IMG/VR virus record: IMGVR_UViG_3300040816_001340 | Coordinates: 1-59,279 of that record | Strand: one strand, 5' to 3' | DNA length: 59,279 nt | Source: a virus | Taxonomy: Duplodnaviria > Caudoviricetes | Shown here: piece by piece, positions 17,366 through 27,548 of the stretch | Position numbering within the stretch: position 1 is the first letter of the stretch | Layout of the letters: every line of letters starts with the position of its first letter | Program-made: the position numbers and the translations under genes | The notes under the pieces: model-generated | Told to the model about the DNA's origin: nothing | Database searches by the model: none | What the model saw: only the letters and a program-made list of their open reading frames with translations

Positions 17366-17707
17366 TTATTTTTTAGTTTTTCTTTTTTTATTGCTTTTTC
17401 TGAGGTGCTTGCTTGGTCCTTCAATTGGAGAGTCTTTAGTTCTTGGGTCAGCATATCTAACTTTTCCTCTTGGACCTGCACCTACTGGAACCATAGGACC
17501 ACTAACTGCGGCAGCGAATGAAGCCTCATCAACTTCAGAAGGACCACATTCGTTACAAGACTCTCCTTCAGAACAACCACAAGATTTTCCTTCACCTTCT
17601 GCACATTCGCATTTTTCGCCTTCTGCACATTCACAAGGCTTTTCTTTTAACATTATTTTCTTTTCAGATAAAACTTCTCTAATATAAGTCTCTAGTAATC
17701 TTTTCAT
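17366..17707 (-). CDS. Hypothetical protein with Cys-rich (CxC) metal-binding segment and N-terminal Glu-terminated leader
   Basis: MKRLLETYIREVLSE; CECAEGEKCECAEGEGKSCGCSEGESCNEC; basic C-terminus; AAGGAG RBS. Confidence 0.75.
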   Translation of the reverse strand: MKRLLETYIREVLSEKKIMLKEKPCECAEGEKCECAEGEGKSCGCSEGESCNECGPSEVDEASFAAAVSGPMVPVGAGPRGKVRYADPRTKDSPIEGPSKHLRKSNKKRKTKK

Positions 17708-17737
17708 AATAACTCCTTGTTACTATTTATTACTAGA

Positions 17738-18298
17738 CTATTTATTTAAGACATGCTGCCTTGCTGTTTGAATAAGAAAAAGAAGACCTTTATTATGTCC
17801 TGCATAAAATCTGTTTTCTTCAAAGTGCATACCACCTGATAGTTGAATTGCTAACCACTCTTCTTTAGTAAGTTTAACACCATAATGCTGAAGTAGAAAT
17901 AATGTTTTATGTGTCATTGACATTTTATCACATTCTTCATTCCACTTATAAAGTTGACCTAGTTTTTCTCTATGCCAATCGGAATCTTGAATAGAAAATG
18001 TGTCTTGTTCTAGATCACCAATACGTCCTAAGTCTGAAAGAAGTGATGTAAGAAGAATACTTTTTGTTGAGCAGTTTAGACCTAGTGCTTCGTTTAGACT
18101 TCTTGCAGCCTTTGCTACTTCTAGGCAAAATTCAACTAAGCCGCCTGGACCAGTAAAAGGTTCGCTTGATGACGTATTAAATGTACATTCAGCAATTCTT
18201 TGTCCTTGCTCACTAAGCAACATATTAAGGTTATGATCAGATAGTCTTTTTAGGAGACCTTCGTATTTACCCCAGACTTCTTCAATATTTCGTTCCAT
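17738..18298 (-). CDS. HD-domain-like protein with metal-binding His residues substituted (probable pseudo-enzyme)
   Basis: GGLVEFCLEV (H>F), LLSDLGRIG (HD>SD), EWLAIQLSGG (H>S) in an otherwise typical phage HD scaffold. Confidence 0.7.
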   Translation of the reverse strand: MERNIEEVWGKYEGLLKRLSDHNLNMLLSEQGQRIAECTFNTSSSEPFTGPGGLVEFCLEVAKAARSLNEALGLNCSTKSILLTSLLSDLGRIGDLEQDTFSIQDSDWHREKLGQLYKWNEECDKMSMTHKTLFLLQHYGVKLTKEEWLAIQLSGGMHFEENRFYAGHNKGLLFLIQTARQHVLNK

Positions 18299-19439
18299 AT
18301 AAATCCTCTACACTAATTGGAAAATTACCAAGTATGCTACAATTATATCCTTGTTTAACTTCTTTTACAAATTCATCGATATAATCTTCTTTAACATCGA
18401 TCATAAGCGCATCATGAATAATAAAGATAGGTTTTGCTTGATTTTTGTCTAGTCTTTCATAAACTTTAGAAAAACCGCTTAGGGCAACATCAACAGCCGT
18501 AGACTGCACATAATTGTTTAATATGACGTTTTCTTCGGTGACATGATTATTCCATAAGGTACGACCCCAAAAGTTTGTTCTGCGTCCGTTTTCGCTGCTT
18601 TCTTGAGCCATTTCAAGGCATTGATCAACGCATAAATACTTGTCAATATAACTGCATAGTTGATCGACTTTGTCTTTTGATATTTTCGAATATAAACTCT
18701 TTTTTGAAGAACCATATACAGCTGAAATGATTGCTTGTTTTACAATTGATCGGTCAATATCTAATTCTAGACTTGACATAATTTCTTCATAAATGTCGCC
18801 TTGACAATCCCAGCCACCTAATTTACGCATAATTCTAGGTTCTAACGAAACAAAATCAATATAAAATAACTTACCCTTTTCAAAGGATGACTTAAATATA
18901 TTTCTATATTTGCGTGGAAGCGTTAAAATATTTGCTTGACTTTTAGAAGATAAACGTCCGGTCACAGTTTCAGACCTAGAATATTCTACTTCTTTATTAG
19001 ACTTAAAACCTAACAGATTTGTTTTTAATGTTTCATTCTGTTCTAACAATAGATAAGCATTTAATGCTTTAATATCTACGTTATATTTAGTTATATTTCT
19101 ATATAAATCTTGTTGATTATTATAGACAGAAAAATATCTATCTGATTTAGCTTCTTCTATAAAAGATTGTATCTCATCTTTTACAAATTTTATAAGACTA
19201 TTTTTTTTGCTTTTTGGCAAAGACTCAACAAGATTAATGTTTTTTACATTAAGGCTTTTGAAAATATTTAAGTGTTTTTCTACGTCGTTGCTAAAGGTTG
19301 TTTCTTTAATAGAAAATGTTTTATTTAAGTTGTCTTTTAGAAATTTATTTTGAAAAAAGGATAGATCAAAGATACAATCAATTTCATAAGGAAACTCGAT
19401 ATCTTTTGAAAATAAATTTTTAATATTTATAAAACTCAT
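18282..19439 (-). CDS. Compact family A DNA polymerase-like protein (no recognisable 3'-5' exonuclease)
   Basis: TVTGRLSS, motif A IDFVSLEPRI, motif B VKQAIISAVYG, NYVQSTAVD, motif C IIHDALMID. Confidence 0.85.
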   Translation of the reverse strand: MSFINIKNLFSKDIEFPYEIDCIFDLSFFQNKFLKDNLNKTFSIKETTFSNDVEKHLNIFKSLNVKNINLVESLPKSKKNSLIKFVKDEIQSFIEEAKSDRYFSVYNNQQDLYRNITKYNVDIKALNAYLLLEQNETLKTNLLGFKSNKEVEYSRSETVTGRLSSKSQANILTLPRKYRNIFKSSFEKGKLFYIDFVSLEPRIMRKLGGWDCQGDIYEEIMSSLELDIDRSIVKQAIISAVYGSSKKSLYSKISKDKVDQLCSYIDKYLCVDQCLEMAQESSENGRRTNFWGRTLWNNHVTEENVILNNYVQSTAVDVALSGFSKVYERLDKNQAKPIFIIHDALMIDVKEDYIDEFVKEVKQGYNCSILGNFPISVEDLYGTKY

Positions 19440-19445
19440 AAAAGA

Positions 19446-19474
19446 ATAATATAAATATTGTATCTAATTTACAA
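19446..19474 (-). promoter_or_regulatory. Sigma70-like promoter giving a probably leaderless polA-like mRNA
   Basis: TTGTAA-17-TATTAT, then only 6 nt to the ATG at 19439; no SD sequence. Confidence 0.6.
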
Positions 19475-20936
19475 CGCTAAGTGCATCCTTTATAAGAATT
19501 CTTTTTAACTTATATTCTAAAGTTACGTCAGATACACCTGCAGCATTTGAAAGAAATCTTGAACTTAAAGTGCTACTATCTAAAAATTTAACATAAGTTG
19601 CATGATTAACAATTTTTCTACATAAATCTTTAGTAACTTCAGTATTTATTGTTCTATATAACCTTTTAAGATCCGGGCTCATTTTATTAACTTCATCACT
19701 TTTTAACTTTTCAGTATATTCATAGTAAAAAATATCTCGCTTTTTTTTATTATATGTTTCTTTTAGTTTATTATTTAAGGCAGGTGTAGGACTTTTGCGA
19801 TAATCATTAATTATCTTATTATTAAGAAGATTAAAATGATCAAAGCTAGGATCTCCTGGGTTTCTAATTGCATAATAAATTTTATTAATAAAGTATTCAT
19901 ATACAAAGTATTGCACATTGTCAAAATCACTAACTAAAAGATTGACTTCTATTATTATCATTAAAAAAAGCAAGTTAATATAATTCAAAGAATATTCTGA
20001 ATTTGGAACTAAATACGCGCTATCTATATTAGCATTTCTAAAATTAGCAGTTGTGCTGCTAATTATTTTTTCACTTTTTTTATCATTAACTTTTGCAAAT
20101 TCGTTTATTAATGTTCTAAATTGAATAGGCGTTAAATTTTGTAAAGTTATAAATCCACTAAATTCTTCTAAAGTACCGCTTATTTTTCTAGTTCTAAGCG
20201 TAATTTTATTATTTAATGTATTTAATTCAGGCTGAATTGTAGTTAATTCAGAAGAGATGTCCTTGCCATTAATTATACCAGTAGTTATTGCATTAGAAAC
20301 GTCATGTGATATACCAAAATTTGAAGATGCTAAAGTTAACTTAGCAGACGTTTTTGGTCTTTTAGGATTGTAAAGTCTTGCTTTGTAATTTTGAAAAAGT
20401 TTTAATGATACTTCTTGTATACTTAGAATTCCTCCTTTTTGAGTTGTAGAATCATATTTAATATAAAATATATCAAATCGTGGACCTCTGCTATCATCTA
20501 CAGTTAACCATTGTGAGTTTTTATATAATTTACTTCTTGCTTTTAAATTTCCGCCTAAAAGTATACCTACATTTGGAATTTTTAAATCTTTTATTCTGCC
20601 AGCTATATAAATATTTAATTTTATATTATTGTTAAATAATCTTAATTGATTTTCTATACTATATGCTTCGTTTTTATATGTTTTTGTCCTAGTAATTCTT
20701 CCTTGATTTAATATTTTTTTATAACCAGTTCCCACAATTGGGTCTTTAAAAGCTTTTGACAAAACTTTATTATTTTCTAAAGTAACACTTACATCTGAGT
20801 TAATTGATGATATATCACCTACACTTAAAATTTGTGGTATTAATATTCCAGAAAATCCTGATTGTATATTAGGTTGATAATCTAAATCATTATCTTCGCT
20901 TTGATTTGTAAAACCTCCTACTTTTAAGTTGCTCAT
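19464..20936 (-). CDS. Hypothetical protein at the end of the baseplate operon (probable structural protein)
   Basis: 490-aa ORF with GAGG RBS following the baseplate genes; no motif recognised. Confidence 0.6.
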   Translation of the reverse strand: MSNLKVGGFTNQSEDNDLDYQPNIQSGFSGILIPQILSVGDISSINSDVSVTLENNKVLSKAFKDPIVGTGYKKILNQGRITRTKTYKNEAYSIENQLRLFNNNIKLNIYIAGRIKDLKIPNVGILLGGNLKARSKLYKNSQWLTVDDSRGPRFDIFYIKYDSTTQKGGILSIQEVSLKLFQNYKARLYNPKRPKTSAKLTLASSNFGISHDVSNAITTGIINGKDISSELTTIQPELNTLNNKITLRTRKISGTLEEFSGFITLQNLTPIQFRTLINEFAKVNDKKSEKIISSTTANFRNANIDSAYLVPNSEYSLNYINLLFLMIIIEVNLLVSDFDNVQYFVYEYFINKIYYAIRNPGDPSFDHFNLLNNKIINDYRKSPTPALNNKLKETYNKKKRDIFYYEYTEKLKSDEVNKMSPDLKRLYRTINTEVTKDLCRKIVNHATYVKFLDSSTLSSRFLSNAAGVSDVTLEYKLKRILIKDALSVVN

Positions 20937-20943
20937 TTAAACC

Positions 20944-23900
20944 TCAAATTTCAAAAATGTTAAAAATAAATGTACTTTTGCTTCCAGGTGGACGTCTTCT
21001 ATAAGCAGCCGCAGCTTCCAATCTTTTTATTGCGGCTCTTTCTTCTGCAATTCTTTTTGCTTCTTCTCTTGCAGCTTTTTGTATTGCTTTTAGAGAATTT
21101 TCAAGAGCTAATTCTGAAACTATTCTGCTTTCGTATTTACCATATACGTCACCATATTGAAGAGTTAATCCACTTTCAAATCTTCCTGGACCAATACTAT
21201 GTTTTATTCCTACAACGTTATATAAATTATCTATTGTTGTTCCTGTGCCAAAATCAAAAAACATACTTTGCGCAAAATTTATAACAGGACAACCTATTGT
21301 TGTTAAGTCTACTTTTGATGGAAGAACTCTTAAAGGCAAGTCATCAGCACCTATACCTACAGACCTTTGTAAATTATTAGCACCGGTTTCTACTTCTCTA
21401 TCTGCTCTTGTTATAAAAACTGTTGCTAGTCTACCTTCATTTATTGTTTGAAACGATGCATTTTTTATCGCACTATTCTGAGAACCATACGTTAAAGAAG
21501 GCATTATCTTTTTATAAGTTTCTTTTACAGCACCAAACCTAGTATTCAAAATAATATCAGTTGAAGTTTCATTTCCTTCTCTAACTTTAGCATTTATTAC
21601 TTTGAATCTTTCATTTAACTGCTTGTTAAAACGTTTAAGCTCTCTGTCTCTACCTTTTCTAGTTAAATCACCGCGATTAATAATCATTTCTTGATTAAGA
21701 GTTTGAAAATCAGTTTTTATGCCTTCAGTTATAAGATCATATGCTCCTTGAAAAGGTGTATTTGCTTTATCAAAGATATGAACTCTTAAAATAGTGTCAT
21801 CTTCTTGATTAGTACTCTTAAAAGAAAAAATAGGCTCAGGTGATACGCTTAAGTTATTTAGTCTCTTCTTTCCAGACTTGTGTATAACCTCTGTAGAAAA
21901 CCCTATACGAGGAGCTACAAAGTCAACTTTTCTAGTTAAAGCTCTAGTTTGTTTATCCGTAAGTTTACTTACATCTGTTTCAATTGCACTTTTTAGAACA
22001 GCATATTCTTCATCTGTAAAGTATGTTCTATATAGTATTTCTTTTTGTGAAGCTGCCGCGGATCTTTCTGTAAGACCGTCCGGAACCTTAGTGTTGCCTG
22101 TCTTAGCGTCATAAATATAAATTCCTTTGAATCCGAATAAAAGGCTGGCTTTATTTTCTATAAACCTTTTACTTAAAGTTTGGATTAAAGCACCTATTGA
22201 AAGTTGCTCGAGTCTTTTTTGAATTATTTCTGTTATAAAAGTTTTTAACTCTTCTTTGCTTATTGGTAAATTCGCAATATTAACACTTGATGCCTTAGAA
22301 CACTTACTATTTGTGTTGTAAAAAATTAGCTGAACTTCATTAAATCTTTTAGTTTGTATTAGATTTTTACCAAGTGTTGCTAAAACAACTTTACCAAATG
22401 AAACATAGTTGTCTATACTTTTTGATTTATTTGATTCATCAATAACAACTCCTTTGTCGTTTATTAGACCTAGTTCTAATAAAACTTCGAATGAAAGATA
22501 AGGATCATGTTTATTGCTGATTACAGTATTATATTCTTCAAAAATTGAACCTTTCGCACTATTGATACTTTCAATTTTCTCTTTTAATATCTTGGCTCTC
22601 TCTCTTAAGATATTATCAATATCTCTTCCTTCTCCTATGTTTTTAGAAGTAATTAGTTTTTCTAAACTAGCAACATAATCTTTTCCAAAAGTTGAAGAGC
22701 TTTGAATTTCATTTGCTAAAGAAATATATTTTTGGTACTCGGCGTCACTATCTTTTGCATTAAAATTAGAAACTGTGCTACTAAATTCTTCTCTAAGCTC
22801 TTCAAAAGCTTTAATACTATTTTTAAGACTTGGGGAGCCAAATATGTTTGTATTGACAATATCAGTTGCGCCAAGCATTGCTAGGGACAAAGATATTTTT
22901 ACTTCACCAGTTTCTTGTAAACTAAACGTGCTATTGACAATCATATATTTTTCTCTAGCACGCATGAGATTCATTATTGCCCCAAAAGGATTTGACCCGT
23001 CCGGGTGCGCCCAACCGTATTCAACAGAAATTTCAGAACCATAAGTACCAAAAAGGTCTGGTTTAATAAAAGGTGCAACATCAGCCATTCTACTTCTATC
23101 GTGAAGAACTAGTTCTAATTGAGCTGTTTTATAACTTAATAGTCCTCTTGTAGGTTTAACGTCGATATCAAAAGAAGATATTGACATAAAAGGGCGCATT
23201 TTATCAATAACAGGGGTACTTCTTCCAAATTCTGCTTTTGTTGCTCCTGGAAAGTCAGAGTCAGCTCCACTATATTTTTCTTCCGTATTTACCATTGTTT
23301 GAGGAGCTAGAAATATATCTAAGTTTGTTGCTACACCTAATTTAGTTGCAGATTCTCCTTTATCATTTTCCATTCTTTTAAGGAAAGTATCACCTCTATA
23401 AGCATTCATTGTTTCTTTAGTAGCTTTAGGTTCTGAACCATATAAAAAGTCTGCATTGTTTGCAACAGTAAATTCTTCTACAACGTTACTTTTTCTCTTA
23501 AAAATTCTTCCGGGCAAACTAAACTTCGCTGATATTATTGGCACACATCTTGAAAGTTCTACAGTCGGAATCATATTAAGAAATACAGCTAATTCGGCAG
23601 TTTGTCTATTTCCTATTGCTAAAGATTCATCAAATATTTGATATGTTGTCAAGTGAGGATCTTTTTTAGTAGGTTTTGTGTTAGGATTTCTATTAACTTC
23701 AGGATCACCTAGCAAACTTCTTATAGAAAAAGGTTCTTTAGAAGTTACAGTTTTATCAGCCTCGTCTATTATTTGCCCTTGAACATTACAACTGGTAGCA
23801 ATTGTTCTTGTTTCTTTGTTTACAATATGTTTACTTAACGTGGTTCTAAAAGAGTTTTTTTGTAAGTTAAGAACTTGAATATTATGTTGATCTTCTAAAA

Positions 23901-24261
23901 TAATGTCACTATCATTTAGAGCATTGACTGTTAAAGCATTTGATTTTTCAAATGTTATTTGAAGAGTTTTTCCTATATTTTTGACACTTCCAAATCCTTG
24001 ACTATCACCACTTTCAGCTATAAAGTCAACCGTATACATCGGATCATTTGATAAAGAAAATAATGTATCAGAAATTTCTCCATGTCTACTTAGATTTATT
24101 GGAAGTTCTCCAGGGCTACCCGGTACTCCTTTTAGTAGCTCTTCTCGGTCAACTGTATTAATATACGTCTTAAATTTGTACTTGTCAAGAATAAGACTAA
24201 GTTGCGATTTACCTACATCTATTCTTCCAATCGGGTTTGCGCCAGAAGGTCTTTCAGCCAT
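20944..24261 (-). CDS. Large baseplate hub-like protein
   Basis: Follows the LysM/gpX gene; ISVEYGWAHP and C-terminal GCPVINFAQSMFFDFGTGTTIDNLYNVVGIKHSI..G.F.S.L resemble hub (gp27/GpD-like) beta-barrel motifs. Confidence 0.6.
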   Translation of the reverse strand: MAERPSGANPIGRIDVGKSQLSLILDKYKFKTYINTVDREELLKGVPGSPGELPINLSRHGEISDTLFSLSNDPMYTVDFIAESGDSQGFGSVKNIGKTLQITFEKSNALTVNALNDSDIILEDQHNIQVLNLQKNSFRTTLSKHIVNKETRTIATSCNVQGQIIDEADKTVTSKEPFSIRSLLGDPEVNRNPNTKPTKKDPHLTTYQIFDESLAIGNRQTAELAVFLNMIPTVELSRCVPIISAKFSLPGRIFKRKSNVVEEFTVANNADFLYGSEPKATKETMNAYRGDTFLKRMENDKGESATKLGVATNLDIFLAPQTMVNTEEKYSGADSDFPGATKAEFGRSTPVIDKMRPFMSISSFDIDVKPTRGLLSYKTAQLELVLHDRSRMADVAPFIKPDLFGTYGSEISVEYGWAHPDGSNPFGAIMNLMRAREKYMIVNSTFSLQETGEVKISLSLAMLGATDIVNTNIFGSPSLKNSIKAFEELREEFSSTVSNFNAKDSDAEYQKYISLANEIQSSSTFGKDYVASLEKLITSKNIGEGRDIDNILRERAKILKEKIESINSAKGSIFEEYNTVISNKHDPYLSFEVLLELGLINDKGVVIDESNKSKSIDNYVSFGKVVLATLGKNLIQTKRFNEVQLIFYNTNSKCSKASSVNIANLPISKEELKTFITEIIQKRLEQLSIGALIQTLSKRFIENKASLLFGFKGIYIYDAKTGNTKVPDGLTERSAAASQKEILYRTYFTDEEYAVLKSAIETDVSKLTDKQTRALTRKVDFVAPRIGFSTEVIHKSGKKRLNNLSVSPEPIFSFKSTNQEDDTILRVHIFDKANTPFQGAYDLITEGIKTDFQTLNQEMIINRGDLTRKGRDRELKRFNKQLNERFKVINAKVREGNETSTDIILNTRFGAVKETYKKIMPSLTYGSQNSAIKNASFQTINEGRLATVFITRADREVETGANNLQRSVGIGADDLPLRVLPSKVDLTTIGCPVINFAQSMFFDFGTGTTIDNLYNVVGIKHSIGPGRFESGLTLQYGDVYGKYESRIVSELALENSLKAIQKAAREEAKRIAEERAAIKRLEAAAAYRRRPPGSKSTFIFNIFEI

Positions 24262-24262
24262 T

Positions 24263-24559
24263 TTAAGACACCAAATTATTTACTTGATCAATACTTGTTG
24301 GAATTGTTAAAACAACTCCTGCAGGAATCTGCAACCACCAACCTATACCACTAGCTGCTGCTATTACCCACCATAAAGTTCCGTCACCATAAAATCTTCC
24401 TGCTAGCTTATCTAGTCTATCTCCTTGACTTGTAATGTAAACATCAGTAGATATTTCACCATTTTGTGCTGCTTTATATACAGCTACACGAGCCATATTT
24501 GTTCCAACAGCTTTGTTATTTTTTATTAAGTTTGATTGTCTATGTCTAGATAAAGTCAT
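24263..24559 (-). CDS. LysM-like baseplate protein (gpX/gp53-like)
   Basis: GDRLDKLAGRFYGDGTLWWVIAAAS...G.VL.IP. Confidence 0.85.
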   Translation of the reverse strand: MTLSRHRQSNLIKNNKAVGTNMARVAVYKAAQNGEISTDVYITSQGDRLDKLAGRFYGDGTLWWVIAAASGIGWWLQIPAGVVLTIPTSIDQVNNLVS

Positions 24560-24570
24560 TCTATTCTACC

Positions 24571-27327
24571 TTAAGACTTTTCATTTAATTCGTCTTGGAG
24601 ACTTTCATATTTTAATATTGCATCTGAAAGCCCATTTCCTGCTGGACTTTGATTTGTAGTATACCTATCATATACTTCACCAAAGAAAGTTCTATTAACT
24701 TTGCCAACATTATAAGCTGGCGCTCGCATAAATCCTTTATGATCAAGGCCAAGTGGAATATCATGAATTGGGGAAAATGTTAGTTGGACCCTCATAAATT
24801 GAGGTGCTTTAGATCCAATTCTGCTAGTCTCCCAAGTACTATCATTATAATTATAGTCTAGTTGCGTTATTACGCCAGCTAGGCCGCGGCCTCGAGATGA
24901 CTCAAATGCTTTAACAATCGGGTTATATATTTTTAAGTCACCGTCAGCTTTATCTGTTTCTGGATTAATGTTGTCAGGCTTCATAAGACCGTCTAATAAT
25001 GCCGGGCCAGCATCTATAGTATTTTGAGTAAAAGAATTTTTTATATTAGCTATGACAATCGAGTCATGTGAAGCTAAAATAGTTATAGCAGAATTATTCA
25101 AAGGTTTTAGCTCATAAAAACCAACATGTGACTTACCTTCATCAGAAGGACCTCCAAAAAAACTTAATAAAGATGTAGAATCGCTATATGCAGAAACTTT
25201 GCACTTTAAGTATTCGTTATTTTTGTAATATGACCGGCCTAAAGTACTTGCAAAAGGTGTTGTTGCTTTAATCCCTATACCTCCAACTGCTTGAAAAAAC
25301 CCGTTAGTATCTTCAGGATAGACGCCTGGCAATAAAAAGACTTCGTCACCTTCAGCGGCAACAAGAGGAATAGGTATACCTGATTCAAGAGTTTTTATAT
25401 CACCAACAGACTTTTGTAAAACTGTAGACTTGTCATTTGAATTATGACTATAAATTCCAGGAGGTGAATCGCTACCAGGATTTACTCTAGTAAAAAAGTT
25501 AGTGCCATCAAATATAGACTGCAAACTTAAATTAGTTTCACTATTTGCTTCTTTATTTGTATTAAATTTTATTGTATTTGTCCTATATTGATCAGACTTG
25601 TCAATTTCTGTGTCTAAAATGCTGAAGTCTTCGTCTCCAGCTCCAAAAAGTCGTGCAAGATTTTTTCTTGAATAGTTTGACTTAAATAAATCACCAAGTC
25701 TTATTCTAATAACAGGTGAGGACGTAGGTATTTGAGAAAAAGGTTGTGTAAATCCGGCATCAACTTTGGCACCTTTCGACCATTGCGGATAACACATTGC
25801 AACAAGACGATTAACACAAAACCACATATAGTCATGATCATCAGGATTCATTGCTGCCAATGTAAAGTTTATAGATATATTTCGAGTTGTCTTACTATAC
25901 GTCTTTATTGACTCAACTCGTCCATATCCATCAGTTTCATTAAAAGAAGGATTAAAGCTATCTGAAATGCTTTCGATAAATGCATGAAAAGCCATTATCT
26001 CATTGTTTCTTAAATCTTGAAAGTAAAACGGAACATATTCAGCTTCTAATTTATCTTCAAGATCTTTAACTTCTTTTTTTGTAAATCTACTTGCATTTTT
26101 GTCTTTTTCTCTTATCTTAAATTTTGTTGCAAGTGATCCTAAGTCTTTTATTTGCGCATTTCCGTCTAAAGCAATTGCTCTTTGAATTTCATGTCCAACA
26201 TTCAAATGACTATCTATCTGGTGCATACTAAGAGGTGATGTTGACTGATTTCCAATTGTATTGCTCCAGGGCCCTTTTTTTGACTTGGCGAGTCTTGTTA
26301 GGGCCGAATTGGGTAGATACCTAGTGTCAACATTATAACCTAGTGGATGATCACCTAGAACATATTTTACTAGTAGTTTTTCACCTACATTAATTCTTTC
26401 AACAATATATTTGAAGTAATATGAATTAACAAAGTCAGTAAAGCCAAAGTTTGTATTAACAGTTACTTTGCTTGATTTAACATATGTTCTATAAACAGCA
26501 TCTAAAGATATACGTCGTAGTCTTAACTTGACTCTATTGAAAACATCTTGACTATTTATCAGAGAGTCAATGACATTATTAGCAAAAAAAGTTATAACCG
26601 AAACTGGAAAACCTATAGAAGTACCAGTTAAATCATCAAAGTCTAATTCTTTCAAAGACTTAATAACGTCTGTATTGGTTAAATCAACTAATAAACCTGT
26701 CATTAAAGCAACAAGAGCACCACTTTTTGTTTTAGGCCAGTTTGCTTCTTCGTGCAAGAGCTCAATAAAGTTATCAAGAATATTCATGCTGCTATATTGT
26801 CTATAGCTTCCCATTGTAAGATCAGTTTTCGATCTTACGTCTTCTTTCCATTGGGCATATAAAATTTCAAAAGCTGCAACTGTTAAAAAAGAACTTAAGA
26901 ATATTTCAAAAAATTCTAAAAATACTCCTAAAAATATGCTTCTGTCACCAGAAAATCCAGCTGCTATTTGGTATTTTGTATCTAAGTTTGCAAAAGATAA
27001 AGTATTATTTGCATCATCACCATCATCAGCAAAAGAATTAAAAGGTACATATGACGTAGCCTCTTCAGGCTTAATAAATCTTTGTTCTTTTATAATAGTT
27101 TCACTTAAATTATCATCTTCTCTTCTTAATACTTGTCCTGTTTTTACATTATCTGCTTCAGGAAAACCACCAAAGCTTACATAGTCTAGAGAAGTTCTAA
27201 CAGACTTTTGTTTATTAATACTATCTGCTAAAGTTTTAGCGTAAGTGTCTATATTATTTGAAACAAGATTACCGCTATCATCGAATTGTAGTAATTTTCC
27301 ATCTGGGCGTAAGACATACTTTGGCAT
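24571..27327 (-). CDS. Baseplate / tail-tube initiator-like protein
   Basis: FHAFIESISDSFNPSF..GYGRVE...YSKTTRNISINF, SPVIRIRLGDL, G.I..L.Y.....WE motifs; lies between tape measure and LysM genes. Confidence 0.65.
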   Translation of the reverse strand: MPKYVLRPDGKLLQFDDSGNLVSNNIDTYAKTLADSINKQKSVRTSLDYVSFGGFPEADNVKTGQVLRREDDNLSETIIKEQRFIKPEEATSYVPFNSFADDGDDANNTLSFANLDTKYQIAAGFSGDRSIFLGVFLEFFEIFLSSFLTVAAFEILYAQWKEDVRSKTDLTMGSYRQYSSMNILDNFIELLHEEANWPKTKSGALVALMTGLLVDLTNTDVIKSLKELDFDDLTGTSIGFPVSVITFFANNVIDSLINSQDVFNRVKLRLRRISLDAVYRTYVKSSKVTVNTNFGFTDFVNSYYFKYIVERINVGEKLLVKYVLGDHPLGYNVDTRYLPNSALTRLAKSKKGPWSNTIGNQSTSPLSMHQIDSHLNVGHEIQRAIALDGNAQIKDLGSLATKFKIREKDKNASRFTKKEVKDLEDKLEAEYVPFYFQDLRNNEIMAFHAFIESISDSFNPSFNETDGYGRVESIKTYSKTTRNISINFTLAAMNPDDHDYMWFCVNRLVAMCYPQWSKGAKVDAGFTQPFSQIPTSSPVIRIRLGDLFKSNYSRKNLARLFGAGDEDFSILDTEIDKSDQYRTNTIKFNTNKEANSETNLSLQSIFDGTNFFTRVNPGSDSPPGIYSHNSNDKSTVLQKSVGDIKTLESGIPIPLVAAEGDEVFLLPGVYPEDTNGFFQAVGGIGIKATTPFASTLGRSYYKNNEYLKCKVSAYSDSTSLLSFFGGPSDEGKSHVGFYELKPLNNSAITILASHDSIVIANIKNSFTQNTIDAGPALLDGLMKPDNINPETDKADGDLKIYNPIVKAFESSRGRGLAGVITQLDYNYNDSTWETSRIGSKAPQFMRVQLTFSPIHDIPLGLDHKGFMRAPAYNVGKVNRTFFGEVYDRYTTNQSPAGNGLSDAILKYESLQDELNEKS

Positions 27328-27344
27328 AGCGATAATCCTTTAAG

Positions 27345-27536
27345 TTACTTTTTTCTTTCAGAAAGTTCTATTAATGTTTTTTGTAATGTGCTATCAGAAC
27401 TATTTATGCTTTTTCTTATTAACTCCTCTACATAATTCTCTGCTTCAATTTTAGATAATTCAAAATTTTTCTGGAGCAATTCTATTAAAGGCTTTTTGAA
27501 ATTTTTAGCTATATCATTATAATTTATCTTAAACAC
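27345..27536 (-). CDS. Small hypothetical protein
   Basis: 63-aa ORF (GTG start) filling the gap between tape measure and baseplate genes. Confidence 0.55.
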   Translation of the reverse strand: MFKINYNDIAKNFKKPLIELLQKNFELSKIEAENYVEELIRKSINSSDSTLQKTLIELSERKK

Positions 27537-27548
27537 TGTTTATCTTTC

